A DNA stretch of 62,481 nucleotides, counting the filler. It is 11 parts of 11 records of this genome, joined end to end, with 100 filler letters (N's around TTAATTAATTAA, not from the genome) between each part and the next. Parts side by side here need not be neighbours in the genome. Positions count along the whole stretch, not along the records: positions 59,159 to 62,481 come from SRR7504441_9029; 10 more parts are not named here. One strand, written 5' to 3'. Positions 59,159 to 62,481 of this stretch are shown here, piece after piece (within the stretch, counting starts at the first letter, position 1; each line of letters starts with the position of its first letter). The notes under the pieces are model-generated. The model was not told the origin of the DNA and did no database searches. It saw only the letters and a list, made by a program, of their open reading frames with translations. Both the position numbers and the translations under genes were made by a program.

Positions 59159-62060
59159 ATCCATCCGAGAGCAGCCACAGCAGTGCACATGGCACCCTCT
59201 TGCTGGAATCGACGGCAACCCTACTCCAGGATTCACCCCAACACAGTACCCGCCGCGTGCAATCGCTTTTGCGCCATTCCCGAATAATCCGAATGACCAG
59301 AACCACAACCCTGGCGAGCTGCCTCTGTCGTGGTTCAATCTTTGCGAATTTATGTGCAACAAGGTTTCCAACTGTCTGGGCCCTGAGTTCAGCCGATTTG
59401 ATGATTCAACCACATCCAGATCACCTGCATTCGACTTACAGCTGGTCACCAGGGTTCTTGAGGTGAGTGATATTGTCACTGAGGGAGGTCCGTTCTATGG
59501 AGTCGACACTGATCCTTCTAAAGGAACCATGGTTGCCGAATTCGACTGTCCAGGCGATGCCTGGTTTTTCCGCGAAAGCTCGAATTCAGCTCTGATGCCG
59601 TATTCCATCCTGATGGAGATTGCTCTTCAAACCTCTGGTATTCTGACCTCCTGGGTGAAGGCTCCTCTCACAATGGACCGCGACAACATTCTGTTCCGCA
59701 ACCTTGACGCTTCGGCTAAGCTCTTGAGGCATGTGGACCTGCGTGGAAAGACAATCGTCAACACGAGCACATGCACTGGGTATAACATGCTTGGGGACAT
59801 GGGGATCCACCGGTTCCGTTGTGTGCTTTCTGTTGATCAGGAGCCTTTCTATGAGGTGACCACTTCTTTTGGTTGGTTCGTACCAGAGGTCTTTTTGAAA
59901 CAAGTTGGTCTCGACGGTGGAGCCATGATCGCGCCATGGCATGATGCCAACGAGGTCGAGCTCTCACTTCATCCATTCGGTGCTGCAGTGGACGGCCATC
60001 AGCTCCATCGGAGAGGCAAACAGACTCAGTTCCTCGATACTGCTGCAACTCTTCCTTTGCAAGGAAAGCACGGCAAGGGGTATGCATTTGGCAGCAAGGT
60101 GGTGAACCGAGAGGACTGGTTCTTCTCTTGTCATTTCTGGTGCGATCCAGTCATGCCGGGCAGCCTTGGGATAGAATCAATGTTTCAACTGATCGAGGTC
60201 TTCTGCATTGAGAGTGATCTGCATCAGAGTTTCAATAAAACAGCAGTGCAATTCGATCACGAGTTGGGTGAAACCACTTGGAAGTACCGAGGCCAGCTCA
60301 CGCCGAACAACGAGACGATGAACGCTGAGGTGCACATTGTCAGTGTGGATGTACAAAGCGACGCTGTGGTGGTCGTGGCTGAAGGCAGTCTGTATGTAGA
60401 CAAACTCCGTGTGTACCATGCCACTGGCCTGAGGTTGAGGATTGTACCCTTGCGAGAGGCGAGCATTTCTGGCCAAGCCTCGATGCGTCAAGCGCAGCCA
60501 GAACCTCTGGCTGTCAGGCAGATCACCAAGTACGAGCCTACGGTAGGATCGCAAGTGAATGACTTGGACAGCCTTTGCCGCAACCTCCACTCGACAGACA
60601 CTCCATTTACAGTCGACAGCATCCTTGTGCCCGCAATTGGTCCGACAACAATTGGCGATAGCAGGTTCATGCAGCAGTTCGGTGCACGAGTGCCTGTAAT
60701 GACTGGAGCGATGGCCAAGGGAGTAGCCTCGGCTGAGTTGGTCATTGCCGCGGGTAAAGCAGGCATTCTAGGCTCATTCGGCGCTGGGGGACTGCCTATG
60801 GATCGTGTGGAAGCAGGCATCAAGCAGATCCAAGCTGGCCTTAGCCAAGATCAGCCGTACGCAGTCAACCTGATCCACTCACCAGCAAATGACATCCTGG
60901 AACAGCAGTGTGTCGACTTGCTTCTGAAATACAAAGTTCGCACAGTCGAGGCCAGCGCTTTCATGAAGTTGACACCTCATGTGGTAAGATATCGTGCCAG
61001 TGGGCTGGTTCGTTCGCCAGATGGAGGAGTGATAGCTTGCAACAAGATCATTTTCAAGCTTTCCCGGGCAGAGCTGGCGCAAATGGCGTGCAGACCAGCT
61101 CCTGCAGAGATGCTGGCCGCACTTGTCGAGGCTGGAGACATTACTGCAGAGCAGGCAGCAATGGCAGCGACAGTGCCAATGGCAGACAGCATTGTGGCAG
61201 AGGCCGATTCTGGAGGACACACTGACGGGCGGCCTCTGGTGGTGATTCTTCCACTCTTCTTGCAGCTTGCACAGGAAGTGGCACGAGAGCTGGGCTATCC
61301 GGAGCCTCTTATGATTGGTGCAGCCGGAGGGATCGGTGACCCAGCTGCAGCTAAGGCTGCATTCGGCATGGGGGCATCGTATATTGTCACAGGGACCGTG
61401 AATCAGATGGCTCGTGAGGCAGGCACAAGCGACTTTGTACGATCCACCCTCCGAAAGACTACGAACACTGACGTGGCGATGGCACCAGCAGCCGACATGT
61501 TTTCAATGGGAGTCGAACTGCAATGTGTACGCACTCCTTTTGTGGGCCGCGCAAAGCAGCTGCTTCACGTCTTTGAAAAGTATGATTCGATCGAGTCGAT
61601 ACCTGACGGCGAGCGGCAAAAGCTCGAGAGAAAGACCTTCCAGAAGCCTCTTGAGCAGGTCTGGGCTGAAACTGAAGCCTATTACCGAGATCGACTCTGC
61701 GATATGGACACTCTGCAAGCCGCTTACGTGGACCCAAAGCTCAAACTCGAGCTGGTCTGTAAGTGGTACCTCTCCAAGTCCTCAGGCTTTGCTGCCAGGG
61801 ACGTGGATGGTCGCCGCATGGATGCACAGATTTGGTGTGGACCTTGCATCGGATCGTTCAATACCTTTATCCAAGGATCATCAGCGTTGGATGTCAACTG
61901 TGGTGGCCAATTTCCCTCTGTAGTTGAGATCAATCTGGCAATTCTGCATGGGGCTTGCTACCTGCAACGACTGGAGATACTGCAATATGGACTTTCTCAT
62001 GAGGCAAGGACCAAGATCAGCCCCTTGTTTCGTGCAAGGCATGCTCGGACCGGCAACTAA
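59159..62060 (+). CDS. PUFA synthase subunit with FabA-type DH domains and PfaD-type enoyl reductase (OrfC/Pfa3-like), 5'-truncated
   Basis: In frame from the contig edge (WHPLAGIDGNPTP...); WFFSCHFWCDPVMPGSLG; GAMAKGVAS, VNLIHSP, VEASAFM, EADSGGHTD, MAPAADMF and QIWCGP; intronless. Confidence 0.93.
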
Positions 62061-62481
62061 TTGTCCCTAGAGCCGGCAAATGAAACCAATGTCACAATCA
62101 GAAATCAATGTCAGGACTAAATATATGTTACATTCAGTCATATAATTGTAATGATAATTATGTGAATAAACTGATGTGAATACAATACACACTTGGTGCA
62201 CGTATGGTGCACGCGGCGACATTCATGAACTGTATTCCTCGTGCGAACCTCAAGAGGCAATGTAGCGTACTAGAGTGCTACATATGAATATGAGTACTAC
62301 TTCGAACTCGTACCTACTCTTACGTACAGGTAATCAACCCGTCGAAGAACTACGTAAACCCCATGTGTGTGTGATCCAATAGACTATCACACGGAAGCTT
62401 TATTAACAGCTACTATACGAGTTGGTTTGAAGACAAAGAGAGGCCGGCACTAGACTATACTAACTGCCTGAGGTGAGCCAC

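Noticed and set aside
39676-62060. A metabolic gene cluster (nitrile hydratase, glycosidases, RetSat, PUFA synthase)
   Set aside because: Most of these genes are on different contigs, so their proximity is produced by concatenation
59159-62060. Lower GC and no introns as proof of bacterial contamination
   Set aside because: The 3' parts of long host genes look the same, the DH-ER fusion is eukaryote-like, and the downstream spacer has the host GTAC-rich signature

Overview
This window is eukaryotic, not prokaryotic. It is 11 unrelated contigs joined by artificial 100-nt spacers (44 N + TTAATTAATTAA + 44 N), so adjacency across spacers carries no meaning. The DNA comes from a very compact, GC-rich genome of a flagellated protist (SPEF2, TSNAXIP1-like, CCDC24-like and Sfi1-repeat genes); I cannot identify the lineage. 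Genes carry many tiny introns, mostly 36-48 nt, with frequent GC-AG donors, no polypyrimidine tract and a strong 5' bias, so the ORF track fragments most genes. Recognisable genes include a histidine phosphatase, a NUDIX hydrolase, a zinc-finger class II HDAC, a kinesin with a PH domain, SPEF2, a front-end-type desaturase, derlin, a TRF4/PAPD5 polymerase and a KCTD-type BTB protein. Others are a fused beta-alpha cobalt nitrile hydratase, a cyclophilin, a GH95/DUF5703-like hydrolase, a ubiquitin-binding ADP-ribosyltransferase, a RetSat-like oxidoreductase, MgtE, a SAM methyltransferase, a Cys-rich/NHL surface protein and a thraustochytrid-like PUFA synthase DH-ER subunit. The most striking feature is a 561-bp internal block of SPEF2 (17008-17568) that lies inverted between a 5-bp inverted repeat (TGCTC/GAGCA). 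Re-inverting it restores one continuous reading frame at both ends. Several other broken or rearranged genes occur as well. Whole-genome-amplification chimerism is the leading explanation, but real gene scrambling is not excluded. All family calls come from motif recognition, not database searches.
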